Shown here in pieces: positions 9,705-21,925 of a stretch of DNA of 64,000 bases (its first letter is position 1; each line of letters starts with the position of its first letter). The translations under genes and the position numbers were made by a program. Below the pieces are notes generated by a model. That model had not been told where the DNA came from. It did not search any database and saw only the letters and a program-made list of their open reading frames with translations. Source of the stretch: Clostridia bacterium (GTDB lineage: Bacteria; Bacillota; Clostridia; Christensenellales; Aristaeellaceae); the NCBI GenBank assembly GCA_017460395.1, contig JAFUBA010000007.1, forward strand, positions 7,652-71,651, written 5' to 3'.

Positions 9705-9807
9705 GCCGGCCTTCCGGCCGGCGCAGGAATCGAACCTGCCTCTCACGTGATCCGAAAAAAACTGCTGTCTGTGTCTTTCCGGTGGCATATGCAGAATACC
9801 ACTGAGC
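9705..9807 (-). other. tRNA-like remnant (T-arm plus 3' acceptor half, and a D-loop-like box); not a functional tRNA
   Basis: Minus strand reads GCAGG-TTCGATT-CCTGC (9739-9723) followed by GCCGGCC. A GCTCAGTGGTAT box lies about 60 nt upstream (9807-9796). There is no complementary 5' acceptor strand or anticodon arm. Instead the acceptor-like strand pairs with a downstream copy to form a 7-bp GC hairpin (9705-9722). Confidence 0.35.
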
Positions 9808-9855
9808 GAAGATAAGATCACGGAAAAAAAGATGCGAACCCCTGCTCTGCAGGAC

Positions 9856-11178
9856 TTACGGAGAAGCCAGGCAGAAGACCGCGTACAGGGGGATGGAACG
9901 GATGATGCCAGTGGTCCCGAAGTTCAGCGCAGAAACTCTCATCGCATATGCAGGATGATGTGCTTCCACGTAATTCTGAAGGCTCCTGGAGCGTTTATGC
10001 CTTCCCGCCTTGATTTCAAGCGGTATGATGTTCTCCCCGTCATCCAGGATCAGATCGATTTCCATGCTTTCAGAAGGCTTGTAATAATACAGGTGCTCCT
10101 TTTGCCGGGCCAGATGCTGCACAACGTAATTTTCCACCAGGGCTCCCTTATATATGTTGTCCTGATCCGGCAGCAAATCTCTTGCATGTACCTCTGCAAT
10201 TGAAGACAGCATGCCAACATCCGAATAGTACAGCCTGAACGAACTTTCATTCGCATATCCCCTGAGTGGAGATCGTGGCGATTTTAGGGAAACAACCTGG
10301 TAGATCAGCCCTGATGCGCTGAGCCAGTCAATCGGGGCTTCATAATCGCGTCTGTTTGCATAGGATTTGATCTGATTGTACCTGAACTTTGGATTTTCTT
10401 TGGCAAGCTGCCCGGAAATCGACAGATACACCTGCTGAATCTTCGCTGTCTCATATGCATTTTTTACATATTTCGTCATGTCTGCCAGGTATGCCAGTTT
10501 GAGCAGTGAATGGATTTCCCTGTTAAATGCCATGATCTGCTTTCCTTTTCCTGCATAGTCCAGCACCGCACGCGGCATGCCGCCCACAATCAGATAGTCA
10601 TAACACAATTCGAGCGCTTTCTCGTGGATTGCCGAGGGAAGTGGGGTAAGACCCTGATATGCATCCAAAATGGCATCCCGCAGAAGCTCCTCCCCGCAGC
10701 TTAAAAGAAATTCCTCAAAATCGAGAGGGAACATCTGCAGCAGATGGATTTTCCCCACCGGAAAAGAACTCTCAAAGCGATGAATCTTGACACCCAGCAA
10801 GCTCCCCGCGGCCAGAACCCGATAATTTTCCTTTGCCTCACAAAAATATTTTAGTGAAGTCACGGCCCGCTCACACACCTGTATCTCATCGAAAAATAAC
10901 GCCGTATGTTCCGTAAGCTGCCGTCCGGAAAGAATGCTCAGGGACCGCAGAATCGTTCTTGGATCCAGATCCCCCTCGAACGCAGCCTGGAGAGAAGGCT
11001 GTTCTTCCAAATTGGCATAAAACCAGTCAGAATACTGCTGTTCACAGAACTCCCTGATCAGCCATGTCTTCCCCACTTGCCGGACTCCAGTCATCATGAG
11101 CGGTTCCTGAATGGATTCCCTCTCCCATTGCTCCATCTTTCGTATGAGCTTCCGATACATTTTCTTCTCTCTTTCCAT
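9856..11178 (-). CDS. AAA-family ATP-binding protein (AAA_14 plus DUF4143 type)
   Basis: Walker A GVRQVGKT and the overall layout are typical of DUF4143 ATPases. AT-richer than its flanks. The alternative start MYRKLI is 18 nt downstream. Confidence 0.75.
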   Translation of the reverse strand: MEREKKMYRKLIRKMEQWERESIQEPLMMTGVRQVGKTWLIREFCEQQYSDWFYANLEEQPSLQAAFEGDLDPRTILRSLSILSGRQLTEHTALFFDEIQVCERAVTSLKYFCEAKENYRVLAAGSLLGVKIHRFESSFPVGKIHLLQMFPLDFEEFLLSCGEELLRDAILDAYQGLTPLPSAIHEKALELCYDYLIVGGMPRAVLDYAGKGKQIMAFNREIHSLLKLAYLADMTKYVKNAYETAKIQQVYLSISGQLAKENPKFRYNQIKSYANRRDYEAPIDWLSASGLIYQVVSLKSPRSPLRGYANESSFRLYYSDVGMLSSIAEVHARDLLPDQDNIYKGALVENYVVQHLARQKEHLYYYKPSESMEIDLILDDGENIIPLEIKAGRHKRSRSLQNYVEAHHPAYAMRVSALNFGTTGIIRSIPLYAVFCLASP

Positions 11179-11308
11179 GTGCTGTGGGTAATGTCCTGAC
11201 TGCCCTTTTCAGGGCAGCATCATTGCAGATGCCTGAATGTCATCGAAGGAACAGATCAGATTGCACGGAGAACTTTAGCACGGTCATCCCGCAAATTCAA
11301 TATTTCCT

Positions 11309-11350
11309 GAACAGATTCAAGCAATTTCTGTGAATTGTTTGAATCTGTTC
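11309..11350. repeat. Perfect 12-bp inverted repeat (candidate operator) in the AT-rich leader
   Basis: GAACAGATTCAA (11309-11320) and TTGAATCTGTTC (11339-11350) are separated by 18 nt. They are surrounded by four TTCAA-N(1-3)-ATTTC-like repeats between 11296 and 11456. Confidence 0.6.
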
Positions 11351-11582
11351 AAATTTTTTGCATTTTTTCTATGCATAGTTTCAATATTTTCATGTTGTTT
11401 TATTGAAAGTCTTCAAGATATTTCATAAAATTTCCTGAAAACTTTCAATTTTCTCGTTTCTCCGAAAACGCGTCTTTCCAGGAGCAGTCTGTCACCTGTC
11501 CTCTGAACGCTTTCCGTGTGGATTTCCTCCGCCGATTTTGGTATGCTCTGTAGCATCTGGCACATACAGGAGGCGCACACAT

Positions 11583-11948
11583 ATGACCCTCAAGGTCCTT
11601 CCCTTCGCTCTTTCCATCTGCAAGCTCCCGCCGCAGGGCAGCCTTCCGCTGCACTCCGACTTTTTCTTTCTCGGGAAGACAGACGAGGAGCTGTCCCTTG
11701 TATGCCCCACAGAGGACGTGCCCGCCGAATTTCTGGACCGGTCGGACGGCTGGCGCAGTTTTCGCATCGAGGGGACACTGGATTTTTCCCTGATCGGGAT
11801 TCTGTCGAAGATCACCTCAATCCTTGCAGATCACGGGATCGGCATCTTCGCCGTCTCCACCTTCAACACGGACTATATCCTGGTAAAGCAGGAGCACCTG
11901 GAGTGCGCCATGAGCGCCCTGAAACGTGCCGGATACGAGGTGATCTGA
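11583..11948 (+). CDS. ACT-domain protein
   Basis: MTLKVLPFALSICKLP...FRIEGTLDFSLIGILSKITSILADHGIGIFAVSTFNTDYILV matches the ACT_7-type fold pattern. RBS GGAGG lies 9 nt upstream. Confidence 0.6.
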   Translation: MTLKVLPFALSICKLPPQGSLPLHSDFFFLGKTDEELSLVCPTEDVPAEFLDRSDGWRSFRIEGTLDFSLIGILSKITSILADHGIGIFAVSTFNTDYILVKQEHLECAMSALKRAGYEVI

Positions 11949-11951
11949 CAC

Positions 11952-13163
11952 ATGCGGACCATCTCAAAATCTGAAGCCGCAAGGTTCATCCTCTCGCGCC
12001 AGGGCCTCCTTGGGAAGCACATCTACCTCGGGAAGGAAGGCGCCTGCAGCTTTGTGAAGCGGGCCGGCTGCATCCAGTTCGATCCCGTGGACGTGTGCGG
12101 GAAAAATGCCGAGCTGACGCTTCTTTCGAGGGTCAGGGGGTTTTCGCGTGAGATGCTCTCCGACCTTCTCTACCACGACCGGCTTCTGGTAGACTACCCT
12201 GACAAGGAGCTGTCCATCTGGCATCGGGACGACTGGCCGTACTTTTCCGGATACCGGGAGAAAAGCCGCCTGCACGGCGCCACTTTTCCGGAGCTCGAAG
12301 AGCTGGAGGAGGAGGCCGTCGAATACATTCGCGCGCACGGGCCAGTGAGCTCGGATACCCTGCCGATTGAAGGTGAAGTTTTCTGGCATTCCTCCATGCA
12401 CTGGAGCGGAAACTGGCACAGGAAGTCCCCCGCGGCACGCTCGGTCCTGGAGCAGCTCTACACGGACGGCACGCTCCTCATCCACCACAAGAGCGGCACA
12501 AGAAAGTTCTACGATCTGGCGGAGCGCTATCTGCCAGAAGAGCTCCTCTCATCCGGAAATCCCTGCCAGGATGCCTTTTCCTTTCGCCTCTGGCGCATCC
12601 GCCGGCGGATCGGTGCCGTCGGCCTTCTTTGGAACAGGCGCTCGGATGCCTTCCTTGGGATCGATATGACCGCTTCCGAGCGATCTGATGGCTTCCATGC
12701 GTTGCTCCAAGGAGGTCAGATCCACGAGGTCCTGGTGGACGGCATCCGGGAGCCCCTGTATCTCCTTGCGGAGGATCTGCCGCTTCTGGAGCAGGTCCTG
12801 GAGGGCGACATCGACCGCACGCCGCGCCTTGAGTTCCTCGCCCCGCTGGACCCGATGCTCTGGGACAGGAAGCTGGTGGAGGCCATCTGGGGCTTTCACT
12901 ACTCATGGGAAATCTACGTGCCGCAGGAGAAGCGTCGCTACGGTTACTACGTCCTCCCCTTGCTTCATGGGGAACGGCTCTGCGGCCGCGTGGAGGCGGT
13001 GGCCGAGCGAAAGCGTGGGGCGCTGGTCGTTCGGCACGTATGGCTGGAAGACGGCGTGCGAAGAACGAAGAAGCTCGAAACCGCCATGGACAGGGCCTTT
13101 CGGCGCCTCGCTGCCATGAACGGCTGCGGCGGGGTGGAATACCTGGAGCAGGCATCACCCTGA
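11952..13163 (+). CDS. YcaQ/AlkZ-family winged-helix DNA glycosylase (DUF1006)
   Basis: N-terminal AARFILSRQGLLG and C-terminal YYVLPLLHGERLCGRVE are characteristic of the YcaQ family. Length is about 400 aa. Confidence 0.7.
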   Translation: MRTISKSEAARFILSRQGLLGKHIYLGKEGACSFVKRAGCIQFDPVDVCGKNAELTLLSRVRGFSREMLSDLLYHDRLLVDYPDKELSIWHRDDWPYFSGYREKSRLHGATFPELEELEEEAVEYIRAHGPVSSDTLPIEGEVFWHSSMHWSGNWHRKSPAARSVLEQLYTDGTLLIHHKSGTRKFYDLAERYLPEELLSSGNPCQDAFSFRLWRIRRRIGAVGLLWNRRSDAFLGIDMTASERSDGFHALLQGGQIHEVLVDGIREPLYLLAEDLPLLEQVLEGDIDRTPRLEFLAPLDPMLWDRKLVEAIWGFHYSWEIYVPQEKRRYGYYVLPLLHGERLCGRVEAVAERKRGALVVRHVWLEDGVRRTKKLETAMDRAFRRLAAMNGCGGVEYLEQASP

Positions 13164-13213
13164 AAGCAGTCAGTGGAAAACAAGTACAGAGAAAAGATCA
13201 TAGAGGAGAGCAA

Positions 13214-13792
13214 ATGGAACAGTTTGATATCTGCGATGAGCACGGAAGACCGACCGGGGAGACCGTCGCGCGGGCGGATGCCCACAGGGACGGGACCCTG
13301 CACCGGACGGCGCATGTCTGGATCGCGAGGCAGCGCGACGGAGGCTTCGAGATCCTCCTTCAGAAGCGAAGTCAGGACAAGGATTCCTTTCCCGGGCTCT
13401 ATGACACCTCCTCCGCGGGACATATCCCTGCCGGGCAGGAGCCGCTGCCTTCCGCCCTCCGGGAGCTGCAGGAGGAGCTGGGGATCTGTGCCGGGCCGAA
13501 GGAACTCACCTTCATCGGTTCCTTCCGTATCCAGTACGTGAAGGACTTCCATGGAAAGCCCTTCCATGACAACGAGATCACGTGGGTATACCTTCTGGCG
13601 CGGGACGTGGACGAGAGCAGCTGCACACTGCAAGAGAGCGAGGTGGACGAGGTGAGGTGGTTCCCTCTGGAGGAGGTATACGGGGAGATCAGGCACCGCC
13701 ACGACCGCTTCTGCGTGCCCCCGCAGGGCCTTCAGCTGCTGCGGGACTATCTCCTCACCCGCACCGTCCGGGATGCGTGCCATGTCCTGTAA
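13214..13792 (+). CDS. NUDIX hydrolase
   Basis: Nudix box GHIPAGQEPLPSALRELQEELGI. The ATG at 13214 removes a non-homologous Arg/Gly-rich extension present in the ORF-track call. Confidence 0.8.
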   Translation: MEQFDICDEHGRPTGETVARADAHRDGTLHRTAHVWIARQRDGGFEILLQKRSQDKDSFPGLYDTSSAGHIPAGQEPLPSALRELQEELGICAGPKELTFIGSFRIQYVKDFHGKPFHDNEITWVYLLARDVDESSCTLQESEVDEVRWFPLEEVYGEIRHRHDRFCVPPQGLQLLRDYLLTRTVRDACHVL

Positions 13793-15584
13793 GACACGCG
13801 CGCTCAGACTCCTCCCGCTCCTTCTCTGTCTGCTGCTTCTCCTGAGTGCCTGCGCTCCGACCGCAGCCTCCGCCCCCTTCCCCATCCTCGTCTGCATTGA
13901 GGACTGCGAGGGCGTCACGGTCCTGGATAACGGGCAGCGCGTGGCGCCTGGCAGCGAGGTTCACTTCACCCTGGAGACGGCCCCGGACCGGATCGTGGAG
14001 GGCGTCCTCGGCGCAGGGGACGACTATGTCCTTCGCCACAGCGGCACCACCTGGCAGCTGACACTGCCCTGCGTGCGCTATCCCACATCCATAACCCTCC
14101 TGTGTGCGTCCTACGACATTCATGCGCGCTCCACCAGGACCATCTTCTATGATGCCAACCTCCCCGGGCAGGGGGAGGACCTCTCCTACTCCGAGACCAT
14201 GAGCATCCAGGAGCATCCGCGGCCCAACACCTCAAGGGGTGAAGCACTTTTTCGAGACGGCTTCACCCTCGTCTCCTGGAACACGGCCCCCGACGGCAGC
14301 GGACTGCGTGTGGGGCTCGGGAGCCGGGTCACGGTGCCGCTCTCCGGCCTCACCCTCTACGCCCAGTACCTCCCGTGGACAGCAGAAGACAGCTTTTCCT
14401 TTGAGGAAGCCTCCGACGGAATCCATATCACGGGCTGCCATGCTGCAGACGATCCCCTGGTGATCCCGTCCCGCATCCGCGGTCTCCCCGTCGTGTCCCT
14501 GGAATCTGGCGCCTTCCAGGGGGTGGTAGCCGATACCGTTGTGCTGCCGCCAACACTCAGGGAGGCTGAGCCCGGCGCCTTTCAGGACTGCATGCTGTCC
14601 ACCCTGGTCCTCTTTGACAGCATAGAGTCCATCCCGGACGCCGCGTTTCAGGGCTGCCAAAATCTTTGTACCCTCCGCATCAATGCCATGGAGGACCCAT
14701 ACGGATTTTCCTTCCGGCGGGAGAGCCTGTTTGCCGACAAGATCGACCTGCTCATCACCCGCTCCGGCCTTCGCAAGCTCGTCTTCTACGGCGGCTGCAA
14801 TGTCTGGTACAACCTGATCGGCGAGGAGGCCGTCCACCGCTTCGGTGACAGCTTTGAGGTGGTGAACCTGGGGCTCAACGGCACGGTCAACGCATATGTA
14901 CAGATGGAAATCCTTCGGCACTTTCTCGACCCCGGCGACGTTTTCTTTCACGCCCCTGAGATCTCCAGCACCCAGCAGCTCCTTTTGAACCTTCAGATGT
15001 ATGACGGGGACGACATGCTGTGGAGCGGCCTTGAATACAACTATGACCTGTTCTCCCTGGTGGACCTGAGGAAGGTGCCGGGTGCCCTGGACAGCCTCTG
15101 CCACTATCTTTCGCAGAAGGAGCCCGGCGGCAGCTACCTCGATGTGTACCGGGACTCCAGCGGCGTCGCCTACATGGATGCGACCGGCAGCATCCCCTTC
15201 CTTCGCACGAAGCGGCGGGGCGAACTGACCGACAGTGTCCGCCTGAGCCCCGGCCTTTTGGAAGAGGGACTCCATGAACTGAACGACATGTATGAAAATC
15301 TGAGCTCTTCAGGCGTCACCGTCTATGTATCCTCTGCCTGTATCGATCTCCCGGCCGTGCCGCAGGAGGAGCAGGGAAACGTGGCGCTCATGGACAGCCT
15401 CCTGCGCGCGGCCCTCGAAGACGGCCCCGCAAGGATGATCTCCTCCCTCTCCGACTACCTGTACGTGCCGGACCAGTTCTATGATACCCATTATCACCTG
15501 CTGACTCAGTTTGCCTATGAAAACACGGAAAAGTGGCTCTCAGACCTGGAGGAGCAGCTGCAGCAGGACGCGCTCATCCGGTAA
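13773..15584 (+). CDS. Surface lipoprotein with a Listeria-Bacteroides repeat and BspA-type leucine-rich repeats
   Basis: Lipoprotein signal LLLCLLLLLSAC, the segment FTLVSWNTAPDGSGLRVG, and LRR-like segments (SLESGAFQGVVADTVVLPPTL.., IPDAAFQGCQNLCTLRI). Confidence 0.55.
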   Translation: MRAMSCKTRALRLLPLLLCLLLLLSACAPTAASAPFPILVCIEDCEGVTVLDNGQRVAPGSEVHFTLETAPDRIVEGVLGAGDDYVLRHSGTTWQLTLPCVRYPTSITLLCASYDIHARSTRTIFYDANLPGQGEDLSYSETMSIQEHPRPNTSRGEALFRDGFTLVSWNTAPDGSGLRVGLGSRVTVPLSGLTLYAQYLPWTAEDSFSFEEASDGIHITGCHAADDPLVIPSRIRGLPVVSLESGAFQGVVADTVVLPPTLREAEPGAFQDCMLSTLVLFDSIESIPDAAFQGCQNLCTLRINAMEDPYGFSFRRESLFADKIDLLITRSGLRKLVFYGGCNVWYNLIGEEAVHRFGDSFEVVNLGLNGTVNAYVQMEILRHFLDPGDVFFHAPEISSTQQLLLNLQMYDGDDMLWSGLEYNYDLFSLVDLRKVPGALDSLCHYLSQKEPGGSYLDVYRDSSGVAYMDATGSIPFLRTKRRGELTDSVRLSPGLLEEGLHELNDMYENLSSSGVTVYVSSACIDLPAVPQEEQGNVALMDSLLRAALEDGPARMISSLSDYLYVPDQFYDTHYHLLTQFAYENTEKWLSDLEEQLQQDALIR

Positions 15585-15744
15585 AGCCGTCTCATCAAAA
15601 CTGTACAATCCGGCCTGATTATCAGGGAAAAGCAGCAGATGTCTGCACATCTCTTTTCACCTGACCGACAATCGGGTATAATTCCTGAGATTCAATATCC
15701 GAAGCGGTACCACATTGTATGTATCTTCTGTATTATCCGTATGA

Positions 15745-18729
<2,985 letters not shown>

Positions 18730-18816
18730 GATTCCCGCCGTTTCCCTTTTCTATCCGGAGGTTACGCCCGAGCCCCGGGCGTTTCTGAAATAAAAAACTT
18801 TAAAGGAGTGACCTGT

Positions 18817-21800
18817 GTGAAAGCAACCGGCATCTTTCGGGCCCTGACTGCCCTTAGCTGCTTCGTCCTGATCGCGTCACTGGTGGCAGGCCCCATCATG
18901 GAGTCCTACCGCCAGCCCATCGACACGTATTTCGGCGAGACGAGCTATCGGATCGAGGGCTCCGGACAGGCAGAATGGATCTACCAGTCTGAGTTCAAGA
19001 CCCAGACGGAGGCCATCGAAGGACTGCGCGCCTTTGCCATCGAGGAAGCCCTCGAGAGCTTCGTGCTTCTGAAAAATGAGGGCGACGCGCTGCCGCTGAG
19101 TGAGGACAGCACCGTGACCCTCCTCGGCCTTCGCAGCTATGCCCCCGTTTACGGCAACAGCATGGGCGCAGCGCCTGACACCACTGTCATCCAGGATGGC
19201 AACCAGAGCTACCTGGCCCTGGAAAAAGCCGGCCTCAAGATCAACCCTGTGGTCCTTCAGAAATACAAGGACTGGGTGGTCAGCAAAGGCGGCAACCTGA
19301 CCGCCGACGGCCAGCTCTTTGGTGAGTACGCAGGTGCCGGCAGCTCCGGCCCCAGCGAGAGCGGCGATCTGGACCTGACTGGCACCGATACTGCCCCCGA
19401 GGCAAAGCTTGGGGACCTGGGTCTCACAGCCGATGATTACGCCGGATACACGGACGTGGCCATCGTGACCGTGGGAAGACCCGGCGGCGAGAGCAAGAAC
19501 TATGTCACCGGCGGCACCGACTCCACCACGACCAACATCTTCGGTCTCTCCCAGGATGAAAAGGCCGTCATTGAGGAGGCCAAGGCCAACTTTGACAAGG
19601 TCATTCTTCTCGTCAATTCCATCAACCCGCTTGAGCTCAGGGAAGTCAAAGAAGACGCGGACGTGGATGCGATCCTGTGGATCGGCTATCCCGGCGCCTA
19701 CGGCTTCTACGCTGTGCCGGACGTCCTGTTTGGCAAGACCGCACCCTCCGGCCATCTGGGCGACATCTACCTGGCCAACTCGGCCGTGAGCCCCGCCATG
19801 GTATCCTTCGGCGGAAACGGCGATGTGGCCTGGGCCAACAAGGATGAGTTCACCTCCGATGACAACGTGAACAGCTACCTCATCAACGAGGAAGGCATCT
19901 ACACCGGCTATCGCTACTTTGAAACCCGCTACGCGGATGTGGTGGCAGGCGTCAACAATGCCGAGGCTGCCAGTGCCGGCACCTACACCAATCCCGACAC
20001 CACCATCGCAACCCAGGACGGCACCTGGCAGTATGACAACGAGGTCGTGTATCCCTTTGGCTACGGCCTGAGCTACACATCCTTCGAACAGACACTGGAC
20101 AGCGTGACGATTTCCGGCGATAAGAAGACCGCGGACGTCACTGTCACCGTCAAGAACACCGGCTCTGTCCCCGGCAAGAGCGTCATCCAGCTCTATGCCC
20201 AGTCCCCCTACACCGACTATGACAGAGAAAACCTGGTGGAAAAGAGCGCCGTGCAGCTGATGGACTATGAAAAGACGCAGGTCCTGGCAGCTGGCGCCAG
20301 CGAGACCATCACCCTGCATGTCGATATGGCCAACCTTGCCTCCTACGACGTAAAGGGTGCCGGCACCTATATCCTGGACGCCGGTGACTACTACTTCGCC
20401 ATCGGCCGCGACAGCCACGATGCACTCAACAACATCCTGGCAGCCCAGGGACAGGCTGTGGACGGCAGCAGCGAAAAGACCTACACCTGGAACGTGGCAG
20501 AGCTCGACAAGACCACCTTTGCCACCTCCAAAAACGGCACCGAAATCCACAATGTCCTCTCCTCCGGCGACTACTCCATGGATATCAACACATTTGAGGG
20601 GTATGAGGGCACCGCAAACTACATGAGCCGTCAGGACTGGAACGGCACCTATCCCAAGCTCCACGCAGGCCTCTCCGCCACCGGGCGCATCGCCACGCTC
20701 CTTCGCAACGATGTGATCCCGCTGACCACCGGTGCCGAGGGCTACACCTGGGGTGCACAGAACGGCATGACCATCTATGAGATGATCGGCGCTTCCTGGG
20801 ATGACGACCGCTGGGATACCCTGGTGGATCAGGTGACGCCCGACGAGTTTGTCGCCTTTGCCTCCAATGCCTTCCACAACATCGAGGGCATCCCCTCCGT
20901 GAACTATTCCGGCCACAAGGCTGACGACGGCCCCGGCGGTTCCGACGGCGGCACCTATCTCAACGACGGCCGCTACCAGGGCACCATGTACAGCACCATG
21001 AGCGATTTTGATGAGCAGAAGGGCGGCTATGGCACCCGTATCGCCCCCACCCCCACCAACCTGGCCTACACCTGGAACAAGGAACTGGCCTATCGCAATG
21101 GCGAGCTGATCCTCGGCGAATCCACCCTCATGTTCGACTATCCGATCATGATCGGCCCCGGCATCAACCTGCACCGCCATGGATATAACGGCCGCGGCGG
21201 CGAGTATTACAGCGAAGACCCGATCCTCTCCGGCTACACCGGCAGCGCTGTCATTCAGGGCGCCCAGTCCAAGGGCACCATCGTGAACGTCAAGCACCTG
21301 GCCTTCAATGACCAGGAGATCAACCGCAGCGGCATCGCCGTGTTCATGACAGAGCAGGCCGCCCGCGAGATGGAGCTGAGGAACTTCCAGCAGACCATCG
21401 AAGCCTCCGGCAAGCCAGCCTCCATGTATGACAACAAGAATGTCTACGTGGAAGGCGCTCTCGGCGTCATGACCAGCTTCAACCGCATCGGTGCCGTGGC
21501 CCCCAGCGCCAACAAGGGCGTGTGCCAGGACATCCTCAGGGATGAATGGGGCTTCCGCGGCTACTCCGTGACCGACTTCACCGGCGTGTCCATGAAGGCC
21601 ATGCCCAAGGAATCTGTCCTCTACGGCACCGTGGCCTTCTGCGGCTTCGGCGGCGCGGTGGACTACTTTACCGGCGACACCCTCTCTGCTGACCCGCAGA
21701 TGGCCGCCGCCCTCAAGCAGGACATCAAGTACATCCTCTATCCGCTGGTGAACTCCGCAGCCATGAACGGTGCAGATCCCTCCATGCACAGGGTAGAGAT

Positions 21801-21924
21801 TGAGACTTCCTGGCGTGCACTGTATCACGGCCTGCAGCTGTGGAGCGGCATCGCAACCGGCGTGTTCGCCCTCGGCTATGTGATCTGCGCGATTGCAAAG
21901 GGCAAGAAGAAGGGAGGAAACTGA
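18817..21924 (+). CDS. GH3 glycosidase with reversed domain order and a C-terminal membrane anchor
   Basis: GH3 C-domain motifs come first (FVLLKNEGDALPL, ILWIGYPGAYG, YPFGYGLSYTSFE). An Fn3-like segment follows (TVTVKNTGSVPGKSVIQLYAQ). The catalytic domain is last (KHLAFNDQEINR, GFRGYSVTDFTG). A terminal TM helix is followed by KGKKKGG. GTG at 18817 sits 8 nt after AAAGGAG. Confidence 0.8.
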   Translation: MKATGIFRALTALSCFVLIASLVAGPIMESYRQPIDTYFGETSYRIEGSGQAEWIYQSEFKTQTEAIEGLRAFAIEEALESFVLLKNEGDALPLSEDSTVTLLGLRSYAPVYGNSMGAAPDTTVIQDGNQSYLALEKAGLKINPVVLQKYKDWVVSKGGNLTADGQLFGEYAGAGSSGPSESGDLDLTGTDTAPEAKLGDLGLTADDYAGYTDVAIVTVGRPGGESKNYVTGGTDSTTTNIFGLSQDEKAVIEEAKANFDKVILLVNSINPLELREVKEDADVDAILWIGYPGAYGFYAVPDVLFGKTAPSGHLGDIYLANSAVSPAMVSFGGNGDVAWANKDEFTSDDNVNSYLINEEGIYTGYRYFETRYADVVAGVNNAEAASAGTYTNPDTTIATQDGTWQYDNEVVYPFGYGLSYTSFEQTLDSVTISGDKKTADVTVTVKNTGSVPGKSVIQLYAQSPYTDYDRENLVEKSAVQLMDYEKTQVLAAGASETITLHVDMANLASYDVKGAGTYILDAGDYYFAIGRDSHDALNNILAAQGQAVDGSSEKTYTWNVAELDKTTFATSKNGTEIHNVLSSGDYSMDINTFEGYEGTANYMSRQDWNGTYPKLHAGLSATGRIATLLRNDVIPLTTGAEGYTWGAQNGMTIYEMIGASWDDDRWDTLVDQVTPDEFVAFASNAFHNIEGIPSVNYSGHKADDGPGGSDGGTYLNDGRYQGTMYSTMSDFDEQKGGYGTRIAPTPTNLAYTWNKELAYRNGELILGESTLMFDYPIMIGPGINLHRHGYNGRGGEYYSEDPILSGYTGSAVIQGAQSKGTIVNVKHLAFNDQEINRSGIAVFMTEQAAREMELRNFQQTIEASGKPASMYDNKNVYVEGALGVMTSFNRIGAVAPSANKGVCQDILRDEWGFRGYSVTDFTGVSMKAMPKESVLYGTVAFCGFGGAVDYFTGDTLSADPQMAAALKQDIKYILYPLVNSAAMNGADPSMHRVEIETSWRALYHGLQLWSGIATGVFALGYVICAIAKGKKKGGN

Positions 21925-21925
21925 G

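Noticed and set aside
12905-13213. N-terminal 103-aa extension of the NUDIX ORF, and similar long extensions of the esterase (25822-26178), GNAT (26319-26516) and pgi (30134-30262) ORFs
   Set aside because: The extensions are Arg/Gly/Pro-rich, overlap neighbouring genes or terminators, and lack RBSs. Internal Met codons with RBSs give proteins of canonical length.
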